Assembly: GCA_950097015.1 (NCBI GenBank)
Contig: CATNEN010000033.1
Span: forward strand, 3,720,001-3,784,000
DNA length: 64,000 bases
Direction: 5' to 3'
Origin: Macrostomum hystrix
Taxonomy: Eukaryota > Animalia > Platyhelminthes
The notes beneath the pieces are model-generated. The model ran no database searches and was not told the origin of the DNA. It saw only the letters and a list, made by a program, of their open reading frames with translations. Of the stretch, positions 1 through 12,987 are shown in pieces. The translations under genes and the position numbers were made by a program. Positions within the stretch are counted from its first letter, which is position 1; every line of letters starts with the position of its first letter.

Positions 1-452
1 GCGCTGAGTCCTGCTTCGAGCAAAAAAACGCGTGCCCCCAGGACGGAGTCTGCGACGGTCGCGGCGGCGGAGTCGGCTGCGGCTGATCAGAGAGCCTCTG
101 TTCCCCGCCCGCCCGCCCGCTTACTTAATTCAATCCGAGACTGCCTTTGGCCAGCCCAGCAACTGCAGCAGCTCCCTTGGGGTGAGGGGTTTAGGGGGGA
201 CTCGCCTCCTAATGAGACGCCATTGCTCTGAGGCCGGAGGTGAGCATGGGTGTCAGGCATAGCTGCTGGCAGAGAAGTTGGACACCTCATTGTGTGTCGA
301 AAATAAGACACTTCTTTTTCTACCCATTTTTCAACTGACGTTGAAGGCCTCGGATCTCGTTTCGATCTTGGGGGCGAACTCGCGAACTCACCAGACGGCT
401 GGAGCAGTAGGAGCAGGACAAGCATGGCCGTGATCAGTGCGCCTGTTGCCAT
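1..452 (-). CDS. Possible 5' end of a secreted or membrane protein gene running off the window (signal-peptide exon 452-392, possible exon 2 from 82)
   Basis: ATG at 452 gives MATGALITAMLVLLLLLQPSG, which looks like a signal peptide, followed by a phase-1 GTGAGT donor at 391. An acceptor at 84/83 continues an open frame (AAADSAAATVADSVLGARVFLLEAGLS) to the window edge. No family recognised. Confidence 0.35.
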
Positions 453-606
453 CCCAGCTGTGCAACTTCGCAATCGCAGCGATGCTTTTCAACCTTGAAG
501 TTTGATCCTACAAATAGCGGGGAGGGATTATAGACTCCCAGTCGGCAGCAGCTGTGGGAAATTCTCCCATAGCGTGTGGCCGGTGGGGTCCCAGCTGCCA
601 CGCTCT

Positions 607-636
607 CTGATTGGTCCAGACAACGGCTTAGCCAAT
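607..636. promoter_or_regulatory. Pair of oppositely oriented CCAAT boxes upstream of the putative gene starting at 452
   Basis: CTGATTGG at 607-614 and GCCAAT at 631-636; motif match only. Confidence 0.25.
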
Positions 637-1199
637 GACAGCTGCCGCAGTTGGTAGCTCAACAGAGACCAAATCCCATGCCTAGAGGCAAAAGCTGAAT
701 GCCCAATCATCCGCAGTCTATTGAAATTATCCCCAACTTTGGAATAGGAGCCTAGGATAAAGGATCGCTTGAATGCATCCCCAAATATATCGGCTCGCCT
801 GCTGGTGTGCTGTTTGCCTTACAGCCAATTATGGCTCAGATTGGTAGCTGTTATGGCGGTGGGAGGGCTTTATTAACAGCGCTTGCTGCTACGCGGCTCG
901 ACCACTACACATTTTTATAGCCTGACTGGCTAGGGAACAAGGCGCTTTCATTGATAAAGCACTGGGTGCCACTCGTGCGATATTCAATGCGAAAGTATAG
1001 AAACTGCGGCCAGTCACTATCTGTTATTTTTATGACATTTTTCGCGCTACTGATGCACGCAGTTGTTGCCATGCAAATCTAGATTAACTTCGCGCTAAAG
1101 GCGCCAACTTTCACGTTCTGCGATCTGAAGATAATAGAATAAGAACAACAGACACTGAAGCATTTGTTTGGGTGATAAATGGCTGTGAAGAGAAATGTG

Positions 1200-1400
1200 A
1201 GAGGAAGGAAGTGGAAAAATGAAAGCATAAAAGGAGACAGGAAAAATGGAATCAGAGGAGGGAGGGAAAGGAAGAGAGGCAGAGGAAGGGAGGCAGAGGA
1301 GGGGAGGGAGAGGAAGGAGGCAGAGGAGGGGAGGGAGAGGAAGGCCGGGAGGCAGAGGAACGGAGGGAGAGGGAGGGAGGCAAAAGGGGTCAAAAGAAGG
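1200..1400. repeat. GA-rich polypurine low-complexity tract
   Basis: Almost pure purine run with recurring GGCAGAGGA(A/G)GGGAG. Confidence 0.85.
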
Positions 1401-1402
1401 GA

Positions 1403-1736
1403 GGCATGTCACTCAAAGAGTCACTCTGCCGCATGTCACTCCATCAGACGAGTCACTCCGCCGCATGTCACTCCATCAGACGAGTCACTCTGCCGCATGT
1501 CACTCCATCAGATGAGTCACTCTGCCGCATGTCACTCCATCAGACGAGTCACTCTGCCGCATGTCACTCCATCAGACGAGTCACTCCGCCGCATGTCACT
1601 CCATCAGATGAGTCACTCTGCCGCATGTCACTCCATCAGACGAGTCACTCCGCCGCATGTCACTCCATCAGATGAGTCACTCTGCCGCATGTCACTCCAT
1701 CAGATGAGTCACTCTGCCGCATGTCACTCCATCAGC
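1403..1736. repeat. 32-bp minisatellite
   Basis: Tandem GCATGTCACTCCATCAGA(C/T)GAGTCACTC(T/C)GCC, about 10 copies. Confidence 0.95.
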
Positions 1737-2214
1737 ATACGCAAATTACTCATAGTATTGCCTCAGAGTATTATGTGTCTGTGATCTGGTGTACTTACCA
1801 GCTGCCGGCATGCATCATTATCTGTTCAGCTCACAGCCTAGGGGCTGGACCCGCTCCGATCTATAAAGATCATCGGCCTGCTCAAACTCAGCCCTGCCTC
1901 CTGACATTTCTGCTACTTTCGTCTTTAACTGCCTCGTGTGCCTTCGCTCCTCAGTTTGGGTTGGGGCAAATTATATTTATTTGAGTCCGTTTCTATGCTC
2001 TGTGTCCGAAGAAATGAATTAATGTCCTACGTGTCGTGAACGAAGGCTAAAAAATACTGCCTGCTAGCACTGTCCATATGGAAAATGCCCTGTATGCTAA
2101 TCACTTTGCTTTGCGACAGAATCCATGACTTTTCAGCGTGAAACACTTCGCTAGACCATAGCAGTTAGTTATGTACTCAAAGGATATACTACTGACTCCC
2201 ACTGTGTTCCCTGC

Positions 2215-2655
2215 CTCACTCTGCCCCCTCTCCCTTCCTCTGCCCCCCTCTCCCTTCCTCTGCCCCCCTCTCCCTTCCTCTGCCCCCCTCTCCCTTCCTC
2301 TGCCCCCCTCTCCCTCCCTCTGCCCCCCTTTCCCTCCCTCTGCCCCCTCTCCCTTCCTCTACTCCCCTCTGCCCCCCTCTGCCCCCCTCTGCCTCCCTCT
2401 ACTCCCCTCTGCCTCCCTCTACTCCCCTCAGCCTCCCTCTACTCCCCTCTCAATCCGGCTGCCTCTCTACCTCTCCCTCTCTTCCTCTGCCTCCCTCTGC
2501 CCCCTCTCCCTTCCTCTGCCTCCCTCTGCCCCCCTCTCCCTTCCTCTGCCTCCCTCTCCCTTCCTCTGCCCCCCTCTCCCTTCCTCTGCCTCCCTCTCCC
2601 TTCCTCTGCCTCCCTCTCCCTTCCTCTGCCTCCGTATGTCCCCATCTGCCTGCCT
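2215..2655. repeat. CT-rich polypyrimidine minisatellite/low-complexity tract
   Basis: Recurring CCTCTGCCCCCCTCTCCCTT motifs. Confidence 0.9.
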
Positions 2656-3549
2656 CCCTTAATAAAAATTATCACAAGATGCCGTAGCGAGTGTGTGACA
2701 TGCTGCGATGCATAAAAAATATAAGAGACACGTAGATTTCGTTTAGAATAATTCAATCTCAGATGCGAACAATCAAAGCCAAGTCGCACTGATTTCTACA
2801 AAAACTAAAATATAATTTTGTTTCTCATTGGCTTGCCAGAAAACAACGACTTTAAATCTCAAAGTCGCAGTTATTTTGTCAAGTTCACTTTGTTAAGGGT
2901 TCAAACTCAAACTGTAGGATGAGGCCGCTCACACAAAAAAGACCTCAATATTAGTCTAGCCAAGATCGCCTAGCCGCATAGCAACCGGCATAGCAACTGA
3001 GGCACCATAGTTATTCGATAAGGGCTCCATGCCTTTTAAACTATCTTAGATTACGAGCGTAAAAATATTTTGCCTCGTACAGTTGTTTGGCTTTTGGAGG
3101 CTAAATAGTTAATTAAGCATCTACTGCCGCACAAACCAAAGCTGTCACCTCAATAGGGACCATATAATCTAGAAAAGGCAACGAGAGAGGAAAATGCTAA
3201 CTATGCTACTTTCAGTAGCTGGAGAGTAGAAGGAAAATTTATAAAATTCAATAGATTTCTGCAAAGGCATTCCTCCCTCGTTAAACCCAGCATGAAAATT
3301 AGCGTCAAGGTCAAAATTAGTTTTCTGTTTGCTGAAAAAAAAATAGAAACAAATTTTGGGACCTTTCTGTCAAATGAGCGAATACAACAGCTTTGCGAGT
3401 CAGGTTAGAATATAGAAGATGTCAATTGTTTAAAAAAAGTTAATTAAAAAAACCTAAACAAATGAACTAAAAACTAGCTGGCCTTCTCCTAGAGCGGGCC
3501 TTTAATGAGAGGCCGAGGTGTCCAACAAAAACTGCCCCACCCCAGCTGT

Positions 3550-6500
3550 CTACATGTGCTCGGGGTGTTCGCGAAGCTCCTCAATGAACTGATTGGGTGG
3601 CACCTTGCCGATGCAGATCAGGTGCACAGCCGACATTAGCGGGAAGCGCTTGACCAGATTCTTCTCGTGCAGCATGGTGTACACCTCGGCCGCGGTCAGC
3701 GGACCCTGCAGCTTCTGGCCGTTTAGCATCTCCTCCTCCAGCTGGGCAATAGGCTTGCCGGTGCGCACGAAGGCTTCTGCCAGCTTGCGGTTTCTGCCGC
3801 CGTAGCAGGTGGTGACCAGGTCAGCCATGCCGCACGACTCGAAAAAGGTCTCATCTCGGACGCCTGGGCGGGATAAGGATTAGCGACGGGTTGGGATTAG
3901 CGACGGGTTGGGATTAGCGACGGGTTGGGATTAGCGATGGGTTGGGATTAGCGACGGGTTGGGATTAGCAACGGGTTGGGATTAGCGACGGGTTGGGATT
4001 AGCGATGGGTTGGGATTAGCGATGGGTTGGGATTAGCGACGGGTTGGGATTAGCGATGGGTTGGGATTAGCGATGGGTTGGGATTAGCGACGGGTTGGGA
4101 TTAGCGACGGGTTGGGATTAGCGACGGGTTGGGATTAGCGATGGGTTGGCATTAGCGAGGGACTACGATTAGCGGGGCGGGGGCTAAAGGCATGTGATCC
4201 AGGTGACGCTTAAAGAAAAGCCAGTAAAGACACGCAAAGCACCAACCCCGGTCCTTGTAGAAGGTCTTGATGAAGTGAATCATCTCCATGAGGCCCAGAC
4301 GGATGACGGCAGCCTTGGTGTTGTCTCCGTAGCCCAGCCCGTCGCAGAAGCCGGCCCCGGTCGCCACCACATTCTTTAGCGCGCCGCACAGTTCAACAAC
4401 AACCTCATCGTCTGTAGTAACTAGGCGGAAGTAATTGGTCTGGAAGAGGGACTTGAGTTCGCGCGCTTTGGCCGGGTCCCGGCTGCCGATGGTGGCCTCG
4501 CAATAAGTCTCCTGGAAGTGGCGATAAGAAAAAAATAAATAAGCTGACACGCGCGCTGCTTACTAGTAGTAGGCATAAACGAACAAAAACAAATGAATTA
4601 ATTAATAATAAAAATACCTGAGCCACCTCCGGAGCCAGGTTGGCGCCCATCAGCAGGGCGCAGTCGATGCCAAGCGAGTCCTTGATGAGATCGGAGAGTA
4701 GCGACATGCCCTTGCCCTCCTCCACGTGCACACCCTTGATAAGGGACACTCCATAGGCGCCCGGCTTCAGGTGGCCCTAGAAAATTTTAGAAGGGAGGGA
4801 GAGACTAACATTTAATTGGGTGAGCTAGATAAAACTTAAAAGGTGGCTACTGAGTCTGGGGATCTGGGAGAGTGGCTACTGAGTCTGAGGATCTGGGAGA
4901 GTGGCTACTGAGTCTGAGGATCTGGGAGAGTGACTACTGAGTCTGAGGATCTGGGAGAGTGGCTACTGAGTCTGAGGATCTGGGAGAGTGGCTACTGAGT
5001 CTGAGGATCTGGGAGAGTGGCTACTGAGTCTGAGGATCTGGGAGAGTGACTACTGAGTCTGAGGATCTGGGAGAGTGGCTACTGAGTCTGAGGATCTGGG
5101 AGAGTGACTACTGAGTCTGAGGATCTGGGAGAGTGGCTACTGAGTCTGAGGATCTGGAAGAGTGGCTACTGAGTCTGGGATCTGGGAGAGTGGCTACTGA
5201 GTCTGGGAATCTGGGAGAGTGGCTACTGAGTCTGAGGATCTGGGAGAGTGGCTACTGAGTCTGGGAATCTGGGAGAGTGGCTACTGAGTCTGAGGATCTG
5301 GGAGAGTGGCTACTGAGTCTGAGGATCTGGGAGAGTGGCTACTGAGTCTGGGATCTGGGAGAGTGGCTACTGAGTCTGGGATCTGGGAGAGTGGCTACTG
5401 AGTCTGAGGATATGGGAGAGTGGCTACTGAGTCTGGGATCTGGGAGAGTGGCTACTGAGTCTGGGATCTGGGAGAGTGGCTACTGAGTCTGGGATCTGGG
5501 AGAGTGGCTACTGAGTCTGAGGATATGGGAGAGTGGCTACTGAGTCTGAGGATCCTGGATATTTAGCGCGGGTCAGACCTTCAAGGTGCGACAAGTCCTG
5601 GGCAGGAACTGGTGAGGGAGCACGAACACCAGGATGTCCGCCCACTCGCCCACAGCCACCAGGTCTGGCACGGCGATAACATTTGTTGGCAGCTGGATGC
5701 CGGGCAGGTATTTCACATTCTCGTGGCGAGTGTTGATGATTTCGGTAAGCTTTTCGCCATCCACCATCTCTTCGAATACCCACATGCGGACCTAAGCAGA
5801 AGAGACAAGCACAGTAATAATTGGATTAAAAGCTAGAATAGCTTAACTTTTGAACTGTGGTGACTTTGAAATGTATTTATTAATGGATTGTCCATATTAT
5901 AGGTTATGTAATATTATAAGTTCCAATAAACAAATTTTAATATAAATTATAAGGACAGGCTTGCTTGCTGCTTAAAAATCAATTAAAGTAACCTATTTAA
6001 TTTAAGTATTAAAAAAATGGACAAATCAAGAACTTCTATAAAGTACTTATAGAGTCAATCAGGTGAAGCTATTCAAGCTAAGATTTTAGCAACAGCTACT
6101 CTAAAAAATACTTTCTAAATAAAAAGTTTTAAATAGTGTATAGTATATATAGGTAAATTTATTTAAATATGCATATGTATAGTATGTATAGATTCATAGA
6201 AGTATATATATAATATTCATTATTATTGTAATTGGTGTTTACTGATAACAATAGTTAATGAAACTCCAATTACTGAATATTGTAATAGCTGCTGGGCCTA
6301 CTTTTATATAATTTACTTTTTCATAATTAAACAGACAAAAGCCCTAAAACATTGTATGACAATATTTACTACAATGGACTAAAAAGCTATACTAAAGTGT
6401 TAGCTACATTGCATATTAATACATTGATTGGTTTTAGCCTAATGGTGAGAGCATTAGACTCATAACTTGAAGTTTAGGGGTTTGATTCCTGACTTCACTT

Positions 6501-7245
6501 GAACAACTTGTGTTCTTTAACAAAGTGTTTTACTCTGCTTTGCTTCAGTTCACCCAGCTGTTTGATAGGAACCCGCATTTGCTAGGTAATTTAGGGTTTT
6601 GCTTCTAATCTAACCAGTCTACTGACTAAACAAGTATGCTACCACTGGCTGCACATCTGGCCCAATTGGGGAAGGTGTAATCAATTAATAGGATAACTAA
6701 AAAACTTTTCTATTGACTACATCATTTTAATTGGTTATACTAGCTAGTAAGCTAGCTAGAAATATGATTTTATTTTATCTTTATTTTATTATCTTAATAT
6801 CAAACCCAATTGGATAAGTCTCATTTTTTGGATCACATCAGGTGCACTTTTGTTTATTGACATGTTGCACTCAATACATTATGATGCGAGAACTTGACTC
6901 ATCACACCATAGAAAATGATAAAGTATATGGGATTAAAGGATATTTAAATAATATATATAACCTATCCTATAGAAAATAGTAGGCTCAAACATTTCGAAA
7001 GAAACAGCTATAAAATAGCTTACTATTAAAGCATATCATAGCGTATCTTCTAAACAATGTCACCGCACAGCACAGTAGCAAAGAGAAAAGAAATATTTTT
7101 AGAAAGTGATTTTTCATAAAGATGAATCAATTACCTCTGGATTAAAGTTTTTATTTGTTACAACATTCTGACCACATATCCTTGCGATACAGGAGCCCCA
7201 GTTACCAGAACCTATAATTCCAACATTTTTCTTGGACTCAGTCAT
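3550..7245 (-). CDS. GPD1: NAD-dependent glycerol-3-phosphate dehydrogenase (cytosolic), 5 exons, 353 aa
   Basis: Exons 7245-7135, 5791-5579, 4776-4618, 4511-4247, 3863-3550; all GT..AG with consistent phases, 1062 nt. Motifs: Rossmann [121 protein letters not shown]. Confidence 0.97.
3876..4156. repeat. 17-bp minisatellite in GPD1 intron 4
   Basis: Tandem GGGTTGGGATTAGCGA(C/T). Confidence 0.95.
4843..5555. repeat. 28/29-bp minisatellite in GPD1 intron 2
   Basis: Tandem GAGTGGCTACTGAGTCTGAGGATCTGGGA. Confidence 0.95.
6428..6690 (+). mobile_element. tRNA-derived SINE, family 1 (degenerate copy in GPD1 intron 1)
   Basis: tRNA-like head with A-box-like TAGCCTAATGG and B-box-like GGTTTGATTCC; central CAGTTCACCCAGCTGT resembling CORE-type SINE domains; 3' GGCTGCACATCTGGCCCAATTGGGG..GTGTAATCA shared with the copy at 30450-30740. 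Confidence 0.65.
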
Positions 7246-7859
7246 TATTATCTCTGAATTTAAAAACCGTCTTTAAAAATACGAAGTACCTAGAGTCTTA
7301 CTAGTCATGAAAGTAGTAAAAAATTATTCATGGAAGATAAGTCATTTAAAAACACGAAATTGATAACTCACCACATAAGAAAAACAAAAATTCTTTAAAG
7401 GCACACCTTCAACTGCTTTGTAAAATTCGCAGGATATGTTTTAATTCTCTAAAAACTTAGATAAAAGTCATAGGTGTAGCAAAATAGTAAATCATAACGT
7501 TTAACATATATTTGCGAAAACTAGTGCTGTCGGAATGTGCGCGTATGAATGTAAAATAACATTAATATAAATATTAATGCGCATGTAATACTAGCGAGAT
7601 CTGTGTTCCGAAATACTTGCAGGCTCTTGTACCCAAAGGTCTATATATTTATTGGTTAAATACGTGGTTAACTCGCAGCAGATTACCTGGTAATTCCAAT
7701 GGCAATTCATTGGTTCGAGCTCAAACAGTACGAATTGTTGAGCACTGTTACCCATGATTGCACTGCCATCATACGGTCGTTTAACTTTAGATTAAAATTT
7801 TACCCAAAACAAAAAACAGCAGCAGCTGCAGTATAGAATCTTGTTGCTGCAGCTGAGCC

Positions 7860-8510
7860 ACATCTAGAATCGCAGCTGCAGTTCAGCCACAGCTAGAATC
7901 GCAGCTGCAGTGCAGCCACAGCTAGAATCGCAGCTGCAGTTCAGCCACAGCTAGAATCGCAGCTGCAGTGCAGCCACAGCTAGAATCGCAGCTGCAGTTC
8001 AGCCACAGCTAGAATCGCAGCTGCAGTTCAGCCACAGCTAGAATCGCAGCTGCAGTGCAGCCACAGCTAGAATCGCAGCTGCAGTGCAGCCACAGCTAGA
8101 ATCGCAGCTGCAGTGCAGCCACAGCTAGAATCGCAGCTGCAGTGCAGCCACAGCTAGAATCGCAGCTGCAGTGCAGCCACAGCTAGAATCGCAGCTGCAG
8201 TTCAGCCACAGCTAGAATCGCAGCTGCAGTTCAGCCACAGCTAGAATCGCAGCTGCAGTTCAGCTACAGCTAGAATCGCAGCTGCAGTGCAGCTACAGCT
8301 AGAATCGCAGCTGCAGTTCAGCCACAGCTAGAATCGCAGCTACAGTTCAGCCACAGCTAGAATCGCAGCTGCAGTGCAGCTACAGCTAGAATCGCAGCTG
8401 CAGTTCAGCCACAGCTAGAATCGCAGCTGCAGTTCAGCCACAGCTAGAATCGCAGCTGCAGTGCAGCCACAGCTAGAATCGCAGCTGCAGTTCAGCCACA
8501 GCTAGAGTAG
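7860..8510. repeat. 29-bp minisatellite between GPD1 and perilipin
   Basis: Tandem CTAGAATCGCAGCTGCAGT(T/G)CAGCCACAG, about 22 copies. Confidence 0.95.
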
Positions 8511-9160
8511 CAGCTTCATGCCCCTTGAACATTGGCCTTTACTTCATTAATTAACATACTTAGCTGGCTTTTTACAGTCTCCAGTAGTTTGCATCGTTAA
8601 GTCACGCTTAATTAGCTAATTAGGTTGGCAGTTTGTATTGTTCAAAGGTTGCAGCAATCGTTGGTGTAACCTTCACCTTCATTCAGGTGTAAATATTGTG
8701 ACTAAGTGACTAAGTGACTGAGTGAGTGAGTGAGTAAGTAGGTAAGAGACTTTCGGAATTTAGCACGCCGGGGCGGCGAACTTTGATCTCTCCCCGTCTG
8801 TCTGTCTATCTAGCTCTGACTGACCGTGAGTGGAATGAGTCTCACTCAGCCCCTATCGTTTCCGCGTGCGTTATTTCTAACCGCCGCCCACCCCTCCTCC
8901 GCCTGAACTCAGTGAAACGAAGCCGAATCACCGATAAACACCGTGCTGTGCGCACCCTTGACGCAGCTCTGAGGGTCCAAAGGCCGTTTAGTGTGCAATG
9001 AACTCTCTCCTGCATGGGCATTAGCATGGGGGTCAAAATTTGTCTACTTATAAATGCCATACAACTGCGATGTTACTCTGACTCTAAGCCAGTCAAAACT
9101 ATATTATCGATCTAATCTGCAATTAAAACCTTCCAAGACGGACAATTGTCTCACTAGACC

Positions 9161-11314
9161 ATGATGGCTTCTGACTTCTTCAACCGAGTGACCGCCTACC
9201 CCTTGGTGGCCTCAGCCTGCCACCAGGCAGCTGCTGGCCTCGCCTGGGCCAAGGACCACAGCGCCTACGCCAAGTCGGCCGCCGACCTGGCCGAGAGCGG
9301 CCTGCGGCGCGCCGCCAAGACCGCCAGCCCGCTGTTGGCCCGCTACGAGGAGCGCGCGACCGGCCTGGACCGCCTGGCCTGTCGGCAGCTGCTGGACCGT
9401 CTAGAGGCTGTCTGCCCGACGGTGCTAGAGCCCACTGACAAGGTGGTGGGGCGAGGTCGCGAGTACTACAGCACATCTGTCAAGCCGAAGGTGGACCTGC
9501 TGCTGAGTCCCGTGACTGTCGCTGCCGCCACGGTAAGTTTAGGAAAGGAAAATCGGAGGGGTAGAAATCGGAGGGGTAGAAATCGGAGGGGTAGAAATCG
9601 GAGGGGTAGAAATCGGAGGGGTAGAAATCGGAGGGGTAAAAATCGGAGGGGTAGAAATCGGAGAGGTAGAAATCGTAGGGTAGAAATTGTAGGGGTAGAA
9701 ATCGTAGGGTAGAAATCGGAGGGGTAGAAATCGGAGAGGTAGAAATCGGAGAGGTAGAAATCGGAGAGGTAGAAATCGGAGGGGTAGAAATCGGAGAGGT
9801 AGAAATCGGAGAGGTAGAAATCGGAGGGGTAGAAATCGGAGGGGTAGAAATCGGAGGGGTAGAAATCGGAGGGGTAAAAATCGGAGGGGTAGAAATCGGA
9901 GGGGTAGAAATCGGAGGGGTAGAAATCGGAGGGGTAGAAATCGGAGGGGTAGAAATCGGAGGGGTATAAATCGGAGGGGTAGAAATCGGAGAGGTAGAAA
10001 TCGGAGAGGTAGAAATAGGAGGGGTACAGCAGGCAGGTTGATCCAATCCGCAGGCGGAGTCGGTGAAGTCTGCCACCGCGGACCGCTATCGTCGTGCCGT
10101 AGCCAGCCGCCTGAGCCAGTCTGGCCTTCGCCGCTTCGACCGGTTGATTGAGCTGATGGGCGACTGCGCCGACCGCTACCTGCCGCCAGGACCCGACGAG
10201 AAGCCGGCCGTTAAGACGTCGGAGCCGAGCAATGCTGAGAAGGCTGAGAAGACCGAAGCTGCCGAAGACGTCAAGGAGCCCAACGGAGAAGCGGCCGTTG
10301 AGCTGGCCGACCCCGTCCACAGCCTGGCGCTGGCCTACGAGCTTGGCCGCCGGCTGGGCGCCCGAGCTGTGGACCGCCTGGCGGACGCAGGACTCCGCCT
10401 GACTGGACGTCTGGTGAGCGGACTGGCTGCGACTGTCGTGGCCTCACACGCTGCCCATTCTCACACACTCATTACCCATTCCCCAGCACTCATTACCCAT
10501 CCCCTTGCACTCATTACCGATCCCCTGCACTCAATACCCATCCCCCTGCACTCAATACCCATCCCCCAGCACTCATTACCCATCCCCTGCACTCATTGCC
10601 CATCCCCCTGCACTCAATACCCATCACCCTGCACTCAATACCCATCCCCCTGCACTCAATACCCACCCCCCTGCACTCAATACCCATCCCCCTGCACTCA
10701 TTACCCATCCCCTGCACTCATTACCCATCCCCTGCACTCATTGCCCATCCCCCTGCACTCAATACCCATCACCCTGCACTCATTGCCCATCACCCTGCAC
10801 TCATTACCCATCCCCCTGCACTCATTACCCATCCCCTGCACTCATTGCCCATCCCCCTGCACTCATTACCCATCACCCTGCACTCATTGCCCATCACCCT
10901 GCACTCATTACCCATCCCCCTGCACTCATTGCCCATCCCCCTGCACTCATTACCCATCCCCTGCACTCATTACCCATCCCCTGCACTCATTACCCATCCC
11001 CTGCACTCATTGCCCATCCCCTGCACTCATTGCCCATCCCCTGCACTCATTGCCCATCCCCTGCACTCATTACCCATCCCCCTGCACTCATTTCTCACCT
11101 AATTTCAAATCCTTTGTTTCTGCCGCTGCAGAACCACCGCGCCGACAAATCCGCCGCCTCCGACGATGAATCCTCAACCGCTGCCGCTTCCTCCAACTCC
11201 GAGTCCTCCACCGCCAAGAATTCCTTGTCTCGCCGGCCTGGAGTCGACGAAGTTGACGAAGAGAACGACCAGGACGAGAGCGCGCTGGACCGCAGCGACA
11301 TGAGCACGGACTGA
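9161..11314 (+). CDS. Perilipin-family lipid droplet protein, 3 exons, 304 aa
   Basis: Exons 9161-9532, 10054-10413, 11132-11314, all phase 0 with GT..AG. The N-terminus FFNRVTAYPLVASAC...AKDHSAYAKSAADLAESG...ACRQLLDRLEAVCPTVLEPTDKVV matches the PAT domain pattern. Acidic Ser-rich tail. Confidence 0.88.
9549..10026. repeat. 15-bp minisatellite in perilipin intron 1
   Basis: Tandem AATCGGAG(G/A)GGTAGA. Confidence 0.95.
10465..11095. repeat. 21/22-bp minisatellite in perilipin intron 2
   Basis: Tandem CCCTGCACTCATT(A/G)CCCATCC. Confidence 0.95.
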
Positions 11315-11819
11315 AATTGCTAGGAATACTACTCAAAGCAGAACACTGAGTAGCATACATCGTACATCTGCAAAGTTTTCTCTTCCATATCATTTTAACT
11401 CCAGCATTAGCAGACTTTCAAGCTGCACTGACTCATGCCCAGCCTTTATCAAATAAATCAATAAATAATCGATACCTGGTTCTCACCATTTGGTTGATTA
11501 TCCTTGAAGTCGTTATCGCAAAATGGAATGCGTTGCATTTAAGTTCATTTGATGATTGAAATAATTTCGTTTTTCTCAAATATGTGAAAAAATTAAGCTA
11601 CAAAATACTCTATGAAAATTATTTTTTTAATTTGCAAATCATGCCAGCTAGCGCAGTACTCAGTGATGATAATTATTCTGTGAGATAATTAAATTATCCA
11701 GAGACAACAGTAGAGGCCTTTTCGCAGTCGATCAGTCTGTGAGTCCAACTTCACCGTGCTTTGCAGCCGCACTGCTGTTAGGTCGCGAGTTCGCCTCAGC
11801 AGTGCGGCTGAGTTGCCGT

Positions 11820-12356
11820 GGGATGTATAGAGTGGAGTAGAGTAGAGTAGAGTAGAGTTAGAGAGTAGAGTGGGATGAGTAGGGTGGGGTGAGTAGATTT
11901 GGATGAGTAGAGTGGGATCAGTAGAGTGGGATGAGTGAAGTGTGATGAGTTGAGTGTGATGAGTAGATTAGGATAAGTAGAGTGGGATGAGTAGAGTGGG
12001 ATGAGTAGAGTGGGATGAGTAGAGTGGGATGAGTTGAGTAGAGTAGAGAGTAGAGTGGAATGATTAGAGTGGGATGAGTAAAGAGTGGGATGAGTAGAGT
12101 GGGATGAGTAGAGTGGGATGAGTAGAGTGGGATGAGTAGAGTGGGGTGAGTAGAGTGGGATGAGTAGAGTGGGATGAGTAGAGTGGGATGAGTAGAGTGG
12201 TATGAGTAGAGTTGGATGAGTAGAGTGGGATGAGTTGAGTGTGATGAGTAGATTAGGATAAGTAGAGTGGGATCAGTAGAGTGGGGGTGATTAAAGTAGT
12301 GTGAGTAGAGTGGGATGAGTCGATTGGGATAAGTAGGGTGGGGTGAGTAGAGTCGT
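11820..12356. repeat. 14-bp minisatellite (copy 1)
   Basis: Tandem GAGTGGGATGAGTA. Confidence 0.92.
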
Positions 12357-12987
12357 GTAGAGGTTGCTGAGCACATTAGATGAGCAGAGTGATGCGTCAA
12401 AGGTGCTGCTAAGCCATTGGTGCATCGATTGATCTGGCAGGCTGAAGAGCCAGCTGATTTCGCCACCCAATGTAGCCGCAGTCCAGTCAATAACTCTCCG
12501 AGCTCTAAGAAGCGTCAATCAATCGATTTTCCCTATCCGGGTCGGTTGTTTTCAGATCTAAGAGGAAAGCGCCAACATTTAAAGCAGCTTTGGCCCTATC
12601 GTAAAGCAAAGCCACGGAAATTGCCAGCAAAGGCAGAGGAAAAAGCGGAACAGATAAAATAAGAAAAATCTGATGCACAAGTACCATCGAGCAGGTTTGC
12701 ACAAACTCGCCCGACCCAGAAAGACCCCCAATTTATTGTAAATTCAAAGGCAAAAAAATAGACTTAGGACTAAATTCACTTTGTCTAAATCAACGACCAG
12801 CTAATGGCAGAGAGAATCAGGCAGTAAGCAAGAAATTTTAAAAGCCTTAAACTCAGTGCTGATAATTATTCTGTGAGTTAACTAAATTATCCAGAGACAA
12901 CAGTAGAGGCTTTTTCGCAGTCGATCAGTCTGTGAGTCCAACTTCACCGTGCTTTGCAGCCGCACTGCTGTTAGGTCGCGAGTTCGC

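Noticed and set aside
1179-1784. 201-aa and overlapping ORFs
   Set aside because: Read-through of a purine tract and the 32-bp array; the peptide periodicity mirrors the DNA repeat.
1250-2655. Purine tract and pyrimidine tract sharing motifs in opposite orientation (possible foldback or H-DNA)
   Set aside because: Low-complexity similarity only; no specific long inverted repeat can be shown.
6428-6500. Possible tRNA gene
   Set aside because: No intact cloverleaf, and it continues into a body shared with other dispersed copies, so it is a SINE head.
9466-10320. Minus-strand ORFs with SDFYP / ISTPP repeats
   Set aside because: Antisense translation of the 15-bp intronic array of the perilipin gene.
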